This document shows positions 12,170-27,000 of a stretch of 64,000 nucleotides of DNA, piece by piece. Under the pieces are notes generated by a model that was not told the origin of the DNA, ran no database searches, and worked only from the letters and a program-made list of their open reading frames with translations. The DNA is from Macrostomum lignano (Eukaryota), in assembly GCA_002269645.1 (NCBI GenBank), contig NIVC01000730.1, positions 191,975-255,974 of the forward strand, read 5' to 3'. Position 1 is the first letter of the stretch; the number at the start of each line of letters is the position of its first letter. The translations under genes were made by a program, and so were the position numbers.

Positions 12170-15100
12170 TTCAGTAATTCTCTCTGAGAGTCATTATAGC
12201 ACTACTACAGCATTATAGCGATTCCCTGCAAGTCTCGACATCGTTGGGATTCCCAAATGAATCTCTTAACTTCGACATGAAGCTTCTTTTATTTTTTACA
12301 TTACGCTTTTTTATCAGCGATCCCTCCCTGAGGAGGCATCAAATAATGTAATAAAAAGTTTTCAATAAACTATATGTAGCTTCTGACTTTAGCCTTGAAA
12401 TCTCATTTATACCCCGTGAGCCTTGACATCTCAGCTATTCCCCCCGTAAGCCTTAACATGTCAGCGATGGCCCCCATAAACCTTGAAATCTAAAAAATCC
12501 CTGTTATTCTGTTAACCTTGAAACCCGATAAAATATAACCCTCAACCCACACCTGACCTAAACCTAACTTTAACCCAACCTAAAGCCTTGAAATCTCAGC
12601 AATTCTTCTCCCCTAAGCCTTGACATTTTAGTGATTCGATCCTTCTTTAAGAATCACAGCACTATAACGATTTCCACCAAGCTTTGACATCGTAGCAATT
12701 CCCAAATGAATCTTTTAACTTCGACATGACTTTTCTTTTATGTATACGTAGTGCTACTTAGTGCTACTAGCTGATAGACTCTGCTTCTATCAGCGCCCCC
12801 CCCGTGGCGAGCCAACAAAGAATGCAATAAAAAATTGAGTAAAGTACATGAACTTTGAAGTAGCTTCTGACTTTTGCTTTGACATCTCAGAAACCCCCCC
12901 CCGTAATCTCAGTTTTTCTCTAAGAGCCTTGACGTCTCAGTAATTCTCCCCAGCACAGCATTATAGCTTCATTTAATTTTTACATGACACCCTTCATGTC
13001 TGACATGACGCTTCTTTTATTCTAGCATGATGCTTCTTATAATATTTTAAATGACACTTTCATTAGTTTTTAAATGAGGCTTCTATGATTTTTTCATGAC
13101 GCTTCTATGATTTTTTACATGACGCTTCTATGATTTTTTACATGACGCTTCTATGATTGTTTACATTACGCTTCTATGATTGTTTACATGACGCTTCTAT
13201 GATTTTTATATGACGCTTCTATGATTGTTTACATAGCGCTTCTATGATTGTTTACATGACGCTTCTATGATTTTTAAATGACGCTTCTATGATTTTTTCA
13301 TGACGCTTCTATGATTGTTTACATGACGCTTCTATGATTGTTTACATGACGCTTCTATGATTTTTATATGACGCTTCTACGATTTTTTACCTGGCGCTTC
13401 TATGATTGTTTACATGACGCTTCTATGATTTTTAAATGAGGCTTCTTTATTGTTTACATGACGCTTCTATGATTGTTTACATGACGCTTCTATGATTTTT
13501 TACATGACGCTTCTATGATTCATTACATGACGCTTCTATGATTTTTTACATGACGCTTCTATGATTTTTATCTGACGCTTTTACGATTGTTTACATGACG
13601 CTTCTATGATTGTTTACATGACGCTTCTATGATTGTTTACATGACGCTTCTATGATTTTTTTAAATGACGCTTCTATGATTGTTTACATGACGCTTCTAT
13701 GATTTTTTACATGACGCTTCTATGATTTTTTACATGACGCTTCTATGATTGTTTACATTACGCTTCTATGATTGTTTACATGACGCTTCTATGATTTTTA
13801 TATGACGCTTCTATGATTTTTACATGACGCTTCTATGATTTTTACATGACGCTTCTATGATTTTTAATGACGCTTCTATGATTTTTCATGACGCTTCTAT
13901 GATTGTTTACATGACGCTTCTATGATTGTTTACATGACGCTTCTATGATTTTTATATGACGCTTCTACGATTTTTTACCTGGCGCTTCTATGATTTTTTA
14001 CATGACGCTTCTATGATTTTTTACATGACGCTTCTATGATTGTTTATATGACGCTTCTATGATTGTTTACATGACGCTTCTATGATTGTTTACATGACGC
14101 TTTTGTGATTTTTACATGACGCTTCTATGATTTTTTACATGACGCTTCTATGATTTTTTCATGACGCTTCTATGATTTTTTAAAAATGACGCTTCTATGA
14201 TTTTTATATAACGCTTCTGCGATTTTTTACATGGCGCTTCTATGATTGTTTACATGACGCTTCTATGATTTTTTAAATGACGCTTCTATGATTTTTTAAA
14301 TGACGCTTCTATGATTTTTTACATGGCGCTTCTATGATTGTTTACATGACGCTTCTATGATTTTTGACATGACGCTTCTACGATTTTTTACATGGCGCTT
14401 CTATGATTGTTTACATGACGCTTCTATGATTTTTTATATGACGCTTCTATGATTGTTTACATGACGCTTCTATGATTTTTTATATGACGCTTCTATGATT
14501 GTTTACATGACGCTTGTATGACTGTTTACATGACGCTTCTATGATTGTTTACATGACGCTTCTATGATTGTTTACATGAAGCTTCTATGATTGTTTACAT
14601 GACGCTTCTATGATTTTTTATATGACGCTTCTATGATTGTTTACATGACGCTTCTATGATTTTTTATATGACGCTTCTATGATTGTTTACATGACGCTTC
14701 TATGATTGTTTACATGACGCTTCTATGATTGTTTACATGACGCTTCTATGATTGTTTACATGAAGCTTCTATGATTGTTTACATGACGCTTCTATGATTT
14801 TTTAAAAATGACGCTTCTATGATTTTTATATAACGCTTCTGCGATTTTTTACATGGCGCTTCTATGATTGTTTACATGACGCTTCTATGATTTTTCAAAT
14901 GACGCTTCTATGATTTTTTACATGGCGCTTCTATGATTGTTTACATGACGCTTCTATGATTTTTACACGACGCTTCTTTTTAAAAAGTCTTTTAGTTTTC
15001 CTGACGTTGAAAAGCTTTAATTAAAGAAATTATACTCTATGAAAATTCGAACCATCGTTGCTGCATTTAGCAGTTCAGTTTGTTCACCTCTAGGCTAGCT

Positions 15101-18100
15101 CTCATCGTTTTGATATCATCAAATTTTTCACTTATATAATTTAACACTTTAAAATCCAAGCATAAAGTAAATCACACGAAGCAGTTATGACATAATCAGT
15201 TTCTCAGTCAGTTAGTATCAGTTAACAATATGGTTACGCAATTTAAATCAAGTCTGGTGCTACGCTTCCACACTGTATTTTCAATTCAAGTCGGAGTTAC
15301 AATTCAGTTATGATGCAATCTATTTCAGAATCAGAATTCAACCAGTCAGTTTTTTCTCTAGCATTCTTAGAATGTATTTTTCAAGTCGAAAGAGCTGCTT
15401 GACCTTTGCAAAAAAGCATGTTTTTCGAATATTTAATGCCTTAAGCATCGAGCAATTTCTTAGCCACGATGCATGTACAGTCACGGGAAAATTTCTGATC
15501 GAACAGTGCAAGTTCGAACAAAATCGGTCCAGCCATTTTTTCTCTAATCGATCACATAGATAGATAGACACAGACAGACAATTTTTAGTATATAGGACTA
15601 GCCATTTAGCCCCCCGCTGGGGAGCCTTAAAAATGACACCCCAGCATTTAAAATGAAAGTGGTTTTTATTTTGGCCCAAGAGTATATAACCTTACTAATT
15701 ATCCAAAATGTTGATTTCCATTCATCAAAAATTACTTTTTTTGATTTTTGGCAAAGATAAATTGCCATGAATCAAAACTTTCACCAGCCAAAAAAGTTTC
15801 CGACATCAGCCTAAAACCCTTTCTCAATCAGCGAATAATGCCTATCCTTTCAAGCACAAACTCTTAGTGCATATCGTCATTGGCCTGGGCATATTCTGAT
15901 CCGCAGCAAATATGCAAATCATTGACGGCCTTAGACCCTCTTTTAATTAGCCTACATCAAAGAATGAAACCTTTAATAGATGCGCTGGTATGTCCTATTA
16001 GCAGAAATCAGCATCACTTGTGTGTACAATTTCATTATCTGAATTACATTAGGTACTTCAGCCGTACTACCTGACTATCTGACAATCGCCCAACAACCTA
16101 ACATCCCCCAACAATTCAGCCATCGTCCATGAGCCTTGGCATCTTAGCAATTCCCCTCCCCCCCAGTAAGCCTTGACATATCAGCAATTCTCCCAGTAAG
16201 CCTTTACATCTCAGCAATTCCCCCAGTAAGCCTTGAAATCTCACCAATTCCCCCAGTAAGCCTTGACATCTCAGCAATTCCACCAGTAAGCCTTGACAAG
16301 AATTGCTAAGAATTGCTAAGAATACTTGGCTAACAATTGCTAATACTTGCAAGAATTGCTGAGAAGCCTTGAGATCTCAGCAGTTCCCCCAGTAAGCATT
16401 GATATCTCAGCATTCCCCCAGTAAGCCTTGAAATCTCAGCATTCCCCCAGAAAGCCTTCACATCTTAGCAATTCCCAGTAAGACTTGACAATTCATCAAT
16501 TCCCCCAGAAAGCCTTGACATCTCAGCAGTTCCCCCATTAAGCATCGACATCGCAGAAATTAAACTCGAGCCTTGACATCTACGCAGTTCTCTCAGCCGA
16601 GTAAGCCTTGACATCCCAACAACTCAACTCCCCTCCCCCAAGAATTCAGCAATCCCCTTATGAGCCTTGATATCTCAGCAATTTCTTCATGAGCCTTGTC
16701 AACTCAGCGATTCCATCCATGAGCTTTGATATCTTAGCAACTCCCATCTTAGCAAGTCTTTAGTTGATGGCAAGTCCTTGGTTGATGGTTAACAGAGTGG
16801 TTATTCTATGATTAAACCAAAACTGACCCTAAGCCCCTAACCCTAACCCATAAGTGAGTCTTGGCATGTTAGCAATCTCCCCCGTGAGCCTTGAGCCTGA
16901 GCATTTAAGTAACTTCCTCATAAGCTTTGAAATCTAAATTTCACCGAAAGCCTTAAACTGTCAGCAATTTCCGAAGAGCCAAGGCATATAACTAATTCGA
17001 CCCTTTAATCTTAGAAATTCCTTAATGAATCATTTATGATTGACACGACGATGGCTCTATAATTGAACTCAAACCCTAACCCTTAACCTGCAGCCGAGTC
17101 ACAGCATTTCAGCAACTCCTTCTCAGCTCAAGAATGTCAGAAATTCCCCAATGAGCTTTTGAAATCTTAGCAATTTTCCCATGAGCATGAAAATTTAGCG
17201 ACTAACCTTTTGATATCTTGGCACTTTCACACGAGTCTTATGATTGAACCCTAACCCTGCCAAGTCACAGCATTTCAGCAATTCCCACTATGAACCACAG
17301 CATTTCAACAATTACCCAATGAACCTTGACATTTCCTGAATTTCAGCTATTCCCTTTAGGAGCCTTTGAAATCTCAGCCATTCCCCTGTGAACCTTAGTA
17401 TCTCAGCAATACCTAAGAGTCACAGCCTACAGCATTACAGGGATCCCCCGTGAGCTTTGAAATCTCAACTATTCCCAATGAGCCTTGATATCTCAGCAAC
17501 TCCTATTTGAGGCAATATCCCCATGTTTTGCAATCACAGCAATTCCCCCTGAGCCTTGAGCCACAGTATATTTCAGATACCCCCCATGAGCCTTGACATT
17601 CCCTAATGAGTATTTTATGTAAGACAGGCCTATTCATTTATATGGTTTACGTCTTACTCTTACCCTAAAAATGTCGGCAATTCCCCAAGAGCCACAGCAT
17701 TCCAGAAATTATCTCCATGAGCCTTGACAGCAAATAATTTTAATGAGCCTTGATACCTCAGCAATTTCTCAAATGAACTTTGAAATCAAAGCAATTCTGC
17801 CCAGAATCACATCAGTATATGAATTTCCCTCTGAGCCTTGACAAGACATCTCCGAATTTCTCCCATGGGCCTTGATCTGGCCCATGGCCCAGTAAGCCTT
17901 GAAATCTCAATAATTCCCTAGTAAGCCTTGACATCTCAGAAATTCCCTCATTAAGATCGACATCGCAGCAATTGAACTCAAGCTTTGAAATCAAAGCAAT
18001 TCTCCCCAGAATCACTGGAATCGAATCCCCAGAATCGCTGAGCCTTGAGATCTTAGAAATTCTCCCATGAGTCTTGATATCACAGAAATTTCCCATACCA

Positions 18101-21005
18101 GCCTTGAAATCTTAGCAATTCACATTGAGTATTTTATTCTCGACAGACAGCTTTTTTTATGGTTGACATGGTGATTCTTTTGTCGCTTTTTCTTGTGTTG
18201 AGTTTTTTTCTGTATAAAGTAGCATTTATTAAAATCTTACTTTTCAATTAATTACTCAGAAAAACAAAGAAAAAACAGGTAAACACTTTAGCAATGGTTT
18301 ACCATCACTTTAGCAATGGTTTACCATCACTTTAGCAATGGTTCACCAGCAGTTTAGCAATGGTTTAGCATCACTTTAGCAATGGTTCACCAGCAGTTTA
18401 GCAATGGTTTAGAATCACTTTAGCAATGGTTCACCAGCAGTTTAGCAATGGTTCACCAGTAGTTTAGCAATGGTTCACCATCACTTTAGCAATGGTTTAC
18501 CATCACTTTAGCAATGGTTTACCATCACTTTAGCAATGGTTCACCAGCAGTTTAGCAATAGTTCACCAGCAGTTTAGCAATGGTTCACCAGCAGTTTAGC
18601 AATGGGTTCACCGGCACTATTCCGCAAAATCTGCATAGGATACAATCATTATTGTCACAGGTCACAAAGATAAATTCGCTGCTTCAATGCAGGCTCGAAC
18701 TGCTGACATCAAAGCATTCTGCTTAGCTTCTGCCGGATACTGCCTGCCTACTGCGGCTGTTTTGCCTATTGACATGTGGTCGAAATAATCTAGTTTAGCA
18801 ACTTCAGCCGTTTGAAGTTAACCCCCAGAAATAGGCATTTATCCCTACAACAACCTGAAATTATTTCTGCATTAATCCCGCAAAAAGACTGCAGTTATTT
18901 CTTAGCAGCCGGCATTTATCATCCACTTTTTTTAAAACTTTTATTAAAATTAAGAATGCATGCCCTCAGCGGCATAGAATTGTCCCCTTAGCCAAAAATA
19001 TTTCACTTAGCAGCCGCAGAAATCCCCTAAACAACTTGTACTTAATCTTCCACAGTAAATATCCACTCAAAACTCAATAGTTAGTTATAAGCCTCAGAAG
19101 TCTGCCATTATCCTTTAATTAGTCCGCAGTTTTCCCTCTCAGCAGTCTGCAGCTATACGCTCATACGTCTGGAGGAACTACCTCAGCAGTTTGCAGTTGT
19201 TTCCACTTTGCAATCTGCAATGATCCCTTCGACAGTCTGCAGTTCCCCTCAGCAGTCTGCAGTCATTTCATTTTCAGTCTACAAGTGTTCAATTAACAAT
19301 TTTCAGTCATCCTCTCAGCAGCCTGCAGTTCTTCTCTCAGCCGGCTCCTCAGTCTCCTCTGCAAACTGCAATTTGCTCAGAATTGTACGGCTCACTAATC
19401 AATTTTCGATACATATCGGCAGTTTTGAAAATCTCAGCATTTAGCAATACCTTCAGCAGTTTTTTTCAGAATCGTCTGCAGTTTAGCAATTTCATACTTT
19501 CATGGAGCTAGGCAATATACCCATTGATGGGATCAGTACGCTCGTAATACATGTACTTGAAGCAGTTTCTACAAATCAAATTTGCTTATCGACTTGTGCC
19601 AAACAGCAAAAATACGTGTAGTTCATTAAGTGTGCCTTGTTAATTAAGCATAAAAGTTTCAATTAGTCGAAGCACAAGCTAAAATAAATAATTAGTTCAA
19701 TTTTAATTGTCCGCTGCGAGGTAGACTCGAACCTGGGACCTTACGCCTATCCTAAAACTGGTCCTAGTGCCTACAGTGCGGCTACTCCGCCTATTGATCG
19801 GAGGGCGACAAAATCAGCCATATATGCTTTGGCATTGCAGTCAAATACACAGCAGTGATAGGCTGCTTAGTGCACGGGTTGTATGCAGGCAGAGCCAATG
19901 CGCAGTTAAGTAAAATCTATAAATTAGATTTAAGTCTGGAGGAACTAATTCACAGTCTGCAGTTCTTCTCTGGCCGGCACCTCAATCCCCTCAGAAAACT
20001 GCAATTTGCTCAGAATTGTACGGCTCACTAATCAATTTTCGATACATATCGGCAGTCTTGAAAAGCTCAGCATTTAGCAGCATTGTCTGCAGTTTAGTAA
20101 TTTCGTACTTTTATGGAGCTAGACAATACCCATTGATGGGATCAGTTATACTCGAAGCAGTTTTTACAAATCAAATTTGATTAGTGGCTAGTGCCGAGTA
20201 GCAAAAAATGAATTGCTAATTAATAAAAAAATGTTTCAATTGAAATTAAATAAAAAATGTTTCAATTTGTCCAGGCACAAGCTATAAATTATTGAATTAT
20301 TTTAATTTTAATTATCCACCGGGGAGGCAGACTCGAACCTTGGACCTTACGTCTAGCCTAAACCTAGTCCTAAGTGCCTACACTGCGGCTACTCCGCCTA
20401 TTGATGGGAGGACAACAAAATCAGCCATATATCCTTCAGAACTGCAGTTAAAATACATAGCAGTGATAGGCTGCTCAGTGTGTAGGCGTGCAGGCGGAGC
20501 CAATGCACAGTTGATTGAGTGAAATCTATAAATAGCAATTTTCTATGGAGTCCGCCAGTCAGAGCCAGGGTCAGAATGTACACACGCAGCCACTGAGCAT
20601 TTTTTCTCCTTGCACACTGCAACCAGTATTGAAGCTTACACAGTGGAGAGAGAAAAGTTATGGCGCAATCATAATTGGAATTGGAATTCAGCCAGTCCAG
20701 TCAAGAATTCAACCTAGTTTGCCCTACCATTAAAAGCATTGGGAAAACTCGTTTTTCGAATATTTAATACCTTTAGCATTAAAGCCGATTAAAGAAATTT
20801 TAACTGTCTTCTTTCCAGATAATTACAAATCTTTTTGTAAAAACGCGATTAAAATTGGTCAATTGGTTCTATCTCTAGAACGTTATGCAAATACCAACAC
20901 AAATTCTCTTCGAGTGAAAGCCACACGAAGCAGCTATGACATAATCAAATACTCAGGCAGTCAGCATCAGTCTCAATTAAAGTTAGCAATATGGTTACGC
21001 AATTT
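12170..21005. repeat. Tandem triplication unit 2
   Basis: Near-identical to unit 1; differs by homopolymer lengths, a few transitions and the centre of the 23-bp array. Confidence 0.97.
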
Positions 21006-21054
21006 ATTATTATTATTATTTATTTTTATTATTTATTATTATTATTAATTATTA
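21006..21054. repeat. (ATT)n-rich junction filler 2
   Basis: Same sequence as 12121-12169. Confidence 0.9.
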
Positions 21055-24000
21055 TTCAGTAATTCTCTCTGAGAGTCATTATAGCACTACTACAGCATTA
21101 TAGCGATTCCCTGCAAGTCTCGACATCGTTGGGATTCCCAAATGAATCTCTTAACTTCGACATGAAGCTTCTTTTATTTTTTACATTACGCTTTTTTATC
21201 AGCGATCCCTCCCCTGAGGAGGCATCAAATAATGTAATAAAAAGTTTTCAATAAACTATATGTAGCTTCTGACTTTAGCCTTGAAATCTCATTTATACCC
21301 CCGTGAGCCTTGACATCTCAGCTATTCCCCCCGTAAGCCTTAACATGTCAGCGATGGCCCCCATAAACCTTGAAATCTAAAAAATCCCCTGTTATTCTGT
21401 TAACCTTGAAACCCGATAAAATATAACCCTCAACCCACACCTGACCTAAACCTAACTTTAACCCAACCTAAAGCCTTGAAATCTCAGCAATTCTTCTCCC
21501 CTAAGCCTTGACATTTTAGTGATTCGATCCTTCTTTAAGAATCACAGCACTATAACGATTTCCACCAAGCTTTGACATCGTAGCAATTCCCAAATGAATC
21601 TTTTAACTTCGACATGACTTTTCTTTTATGTATACGTAGTGCTACTTAGTGCTACTAGCTGATAGACTCTGCTTCTATCAGCGCCCCCCCCGTGGCGAGC
21701 CAACAAAGAATGCAATAAAAAATTGAGTAAAGTACATGAACTTTGAAGTAGCTTCTGACTTTTGCTTTGACATCTCAGAAACCGCCCCCCCGTAATCTCA
21801 GTTTTTCTCTAAGAGCCTTGACGTCTCAGTAATTCTCCCCAGCACAGCATTATAGCTTCATTTAATTTTTACATGACACCCTTCATGTCTGACATGACGC
21901 TTCTTTTATTCTAGCATGATGCTTCTTATAATATTTTAAATGACACTTTCATTAGTTTTTAAATGAGGCTTCTATGATTTTTTCATGACGCTTCTATGAT
22001 TTTTTACATGACGCTTCTATGATTTTTTACATGACGCTTCTATGATTGTTTACATTACGCTTCTATGATTGTTTACATGACGCTTCTATGATTTTTATAT
22101 GACGCTTCTATGATTGTTTACATAGCGCTTCTATGATTGTTTACATGACGCTTCTATGATTTTTAAATGACGCTTCTATGATTTTTTCATGACGCTTCTA
22201 TGATTGTTTACATGACGCTTCTATGATTGTTTACATGACGCTTCTATGATTTTTATATGACGCTTCTACGATTTTTTACCTGGCGCTTCTATGATTGTTT
22301 ACATGACGCTTCTATGATTTTTAAATGAGGCTTCTTTATTGTTTACATGACGCTTCTATGATTGTTTACATGACGCTTCTATGATTTTTTACATGACGCT
22401 TCTATGATTCATTACATGACGCTTCTATGATTTTTTACATGACGCTTCTATGATTTTTATCTGACGCTTTTACGATTTTTACATGACGCTTCTATGATTG
22501 TTTACATGACGCTTCTATGATTGTTTACATGACGCTTCTATGATTTTTACATGACGCTTCTATGATTTTTACATGACGCTTCTATGATTTTTTCATGACG
22601 CTTCTATGATTTTTTACATGACGCTTCTATGATTGTTTACATGACGCTTCTATGATTTTTACATGACGCTTCTATGATTTTTACATGACGCTTCTATGAT
22701 TTTTTCATAGACGCTTCTATGATTTTTACATGACGCTTCTATGATTTTTAATGACGCTTCTATGATTTTTACATGACGCTTCTATGATTGTTTACATGAC
22801 GCTTCTATGATTGTTTACATGACGCTTCTATGATTTTTTATGACGCTTCTATGATTTTTACATGACGCTTCTATGATTTTTACATGACGCTTCTATGATT
22901 TTTACATGACGCTTCTATGATTTTTATATGACGCTTCTATGATTGTTTACATGACGCTTCTATGATTGTTTACATGACGCTTTTGTGATTTTTACATGAC
23001 GCTTCTATGATTTTTTACATGACGCTTCTATGATTTTTTCATGACGCTTCTATGATTTTTTAAAAATGACGCTTCTATGATTTTTATATAACGCTTCTGC
23101 GATTTTTTACATGGCGCTTCTATGATTGTTTACATGACGCTTCTATGATTTTTTAAATGACGCTTCTATGATTTTTTAAATGACGCTTCTATGATTTTTT
23201 ACATGGCGCTTCTATGATTGTTTACATGACGCTTCTATGATTTTTGACATGACGCTTCTACGATTTTTTACATGGCGCTTCTATGATTGTTTACATGACG
23301 CTTCTATGATTTTTTATATGACGCTTCTATGATTGTTTACATGACGCTTCTATGATTTTTTATATGACGCTTCTATGATTGTTTACATGACGCTTGTATG
23401 ACTGTTTACATGACGCTTCTATGATTGTTTACATGACGCTTCTATGATTGTTTACATGAAGCTTCTATGATTGTTTACATGACGCTTCTATGATTTTTTA
23501 TATGACGCTTCTATGATTGTTTACATGACGCTTCTATGATTTTTTATATGACGCTTCTATGATTGTTTACATGACGCTTCTATGATTGTTTACATGACGC
23601 TTCTATGATTGTTTACATGACGCTTCTATGATTGTTTACATGAAGCTTCTATGATTGTTTACATGACGCTTCTATGATTTTTTAAAAATGACGCTTCTAT
23701 GATTTTTATATAACGCTTCTGCGATTTTTTACATGGCGCTTCTATGATTGTTTACATGACGCTTCTATGATTTTTCAAATGACGCTTCTATGATTTTTTA
23801 CATGGCGCTTCTATGATTGTTTACATGACGCTTCTATGATTTTTACACGACGCTTCTTTTTAAAAAGTCTTTTAGTTTTCCTGACGTTGAAAAGCTTTAA
23901 TTAAAGAAATTATACTCTATGAAAATTCGAACCATCGTTGCTGCATTTAGCAGTTCAGTTTGTTCACCTCTAGGCTAGCTCTCATCGTTTTGATATCATC

Positions 24001-27000
24001 AAATTTTTCACTTATATAATTTAACACTTTAAAATCCAAGCATAAAGTAAATCACACGAAGCAGTTATGACATAATCAGTTTCTCAGTCAGTCAGTATCA
24101 GTTAACAATATGGTTACGCAATTTAAATCAAGTCTGGTGCTACGCTTCCACACTGTATTTTCAATTCAAGTCGGAGTTACAATTCAGTTATGATGCAATC
24201 TATTTCAGAATCAGAATTCAACCAGTCAGTTTTTTCTCTAGCATTCTTAGAATGTATTTTTCAAGTCGAAAGAGCTGCTTGACCTTTGCAAAAAAGCATG
24301 TTTTTCGAATATTTAATGCCTTAAGCATCGAGCAATTTCTTAGCCACGATGCATGTACAGTCACGGGAAAATTTCTGATCGAACAGTGCAAGTTCGAACA
24401 AAATCGGTCCAGCCATTTTTTCTCTAATCGATCACATAGATAGATAGACACAGACAGACAATTTTTAGTATATAGGACTAGCCATTTAGCCCCCCGCTGG
24501 GGAGCCTTAAAAATGACACCCCAGCATTTAAAATGAAAGTGGTTTTTATTTTGGCCCAAGAGTATATAACCTTACTAATTATCCAAAATGTTGATTTCCA
24601 TTCATCAAAAATTACTTTTTTTGATTTTTGGCAAAGATAAATTGCCATGAATCAAAACTTTCACCAGCCAAAAAAGTTTCCGACATCAGCCTAAAACCCT
24701 TTCTCAATCAGCGAATAATGCCTATCCTTTCAAGCACAAACTCTTAGTGCATATCGTCATTGGCCTGGGCATATTCTGATCCGCAGCAAATATGCAAATC
24801 ATTGACGGCCTTAGACCCTCTTTTAATTAGCCTACATCAAAGAATGAAACCTTTAATAGATGCGCTGGTATGTCCTATTAGCAGAAATCAGCATCACTTG
24901 TGTGTACAATTTCATTATCTGAATTACATTAGGTACTTCAGCCGTACTACCTGACTATCTGACAATCGCCCAACAACCTAACATCCCCCAACAATTCAGC
25001 CATCGTCCATGAGCCTTGGCATCTTAGCAATTCCCCTCCCCCCAGTAAGCCTTGACATATCAGCAATTCTCCCAGTAAGCCTTTACATCTCAGCAATTCC
25101 CCCAGTAAGCCTTGAAATCTCACCAATTCCCCCAGTAAGCCTTGACATCTCAGCAATTCCACCAGTAAGCCTTGACAAGAATTGCTAAGAATTGCTAAGA
25201 ATACTTGGCTAACAATTGCTAATACTTGCAAGAATTGCTGAGAAGCCTTGAGATCTCAGCAGTTCCCCAGTAAGCATTGATATCTCAGCATTCCCCCAGT
25301 AAGCCTTGAAATCTCAGCATTCCCCAGAAAGCCTTCACATCTTAGCAATTCCCAGTAAGACTTGACAATTCATCAATTCCCCCAGAAAGCCTTGACATCT
25401 CAGCAGTTCCCCCATTAAGCATCGACATCGCAGAAATTAAACTCGAGCCTTGACATCTACGCAGTTCTCTCAGCCGAGTAAGCCTTGACATCCCAACAAC
25501 TCAACTCCCCTCCCCAAGAATTCAGCAATCCCCTTATGAGCCTTGATATCTCAGCAATTTCTTCATGAGCCTTGTCAACTCAGCGATTCCATCCATGAGC
25601 TTTGATATCTTAGCAACTCCCATCTTAGCAAGTCTTTAGTTGATGGCAAGTCCTTGGTTGATGGTTAACAGAGTGGTTATTCTATGATTAAACCAAAACT
25701 GACCCTAAGCCCCTAACCCTAACCCATAAGTGAGTCTTGGCATGTTAGCAATCTCCCCCGTGAGCCTTGAGCCTGAGCATTTAAGTAACTTCCTCATAAG
25801 CTTTGAAATCTAAATTTCACCGAAAGCCTTAAACTGTCAGCAATTTCCGAAGAGCCAAGGCATATAACTAATTCGACCCTTTAATCTTAGAAATTCCTTA
25901 ATGAATCATTTATGATTGACACGACGATGGCTCTATAATTGAACTCAAACCCTAACCCTTAACCTGCAGCCGAGTCACAGCATTTCAGCAACTCCTTCTC
26001 AGCTCAAGAATGTCAGAAATTCCCCAATGAGCTTTTGAAATCTTAGCAATTTTCCCATGAGCATGAAAATTTAGCGACTAACCTTTTGATATCTTGGCAC
26101 TTTCACACGAGTCTTATGATTGAACCCTAACCCTGCCAAGTCACAGCATTTCAGCAATTCCCACTATGAACCACAGCATTTCAACAATTACCCAATGAAC
26201 CTTGACATTTCCTGAATTTCAGCTATTCCCTTTAGGAGCCTTTGAAATCTCAGCCATTCCCCTGTGAACCTTAGTATCTCAGCAATACCTAAGAGTCACA
26301 GCCTACAGCATTACAGGGATCCCCCGTGAGCTTTGAAATCTCAACTATTCCCCAATGAGCCTTGATATCTCAGCAACTCCTATTTGAGGCAATATCCCCA
26401 TGTTTTGCAATCACAGCAATTCCCCCTGAGCCTTGAGCCACAGTATATTTCAGATACCCCCATGAGCCTTGACATTCCCTAATGAGTATTTTATGTAAGA
26501 CAGGCCTATTCATTTATATGGTTTACGTCTTACTCTTACCCTAAAAATGTCGGCAATTCCCCCAAGAGCCACAGCATTCCAGAAATTATCTCCATGAGCC
26601 TTGACAGCAAATAATTTTAATGAGCCTTGATACCTCAGCAATTTCTCAAATGAACTTTGAAATCAAAGCAATTCTGCCCAGAATCACATCAGTATATGAA
26701 TTTCCCTCTGAGCCTTGACAAGACATCTCCGAATTTCTCCCATGGGCCTTGATCTGGCCCATGGCCCAGTAAGCCTTGAAATCTCAATAATTCCCTAGTA
26801 AGCCTTGACATCTCAGAAATTCCCTCATTAAGATCGACATCGCAGCAATTGAACTCAAGCTTTGAAATCAAAGCAATTCTCCCCAGAATCACTGGAATCG
26901 AATCCCCAGAATCGCTGAGCCTTGAGATCTTAGAAATTCTCCCATGAGTCTTGATATCACAGAAATTTCCCATACCAGCCTTGAAATCTTAGCAATTCAC

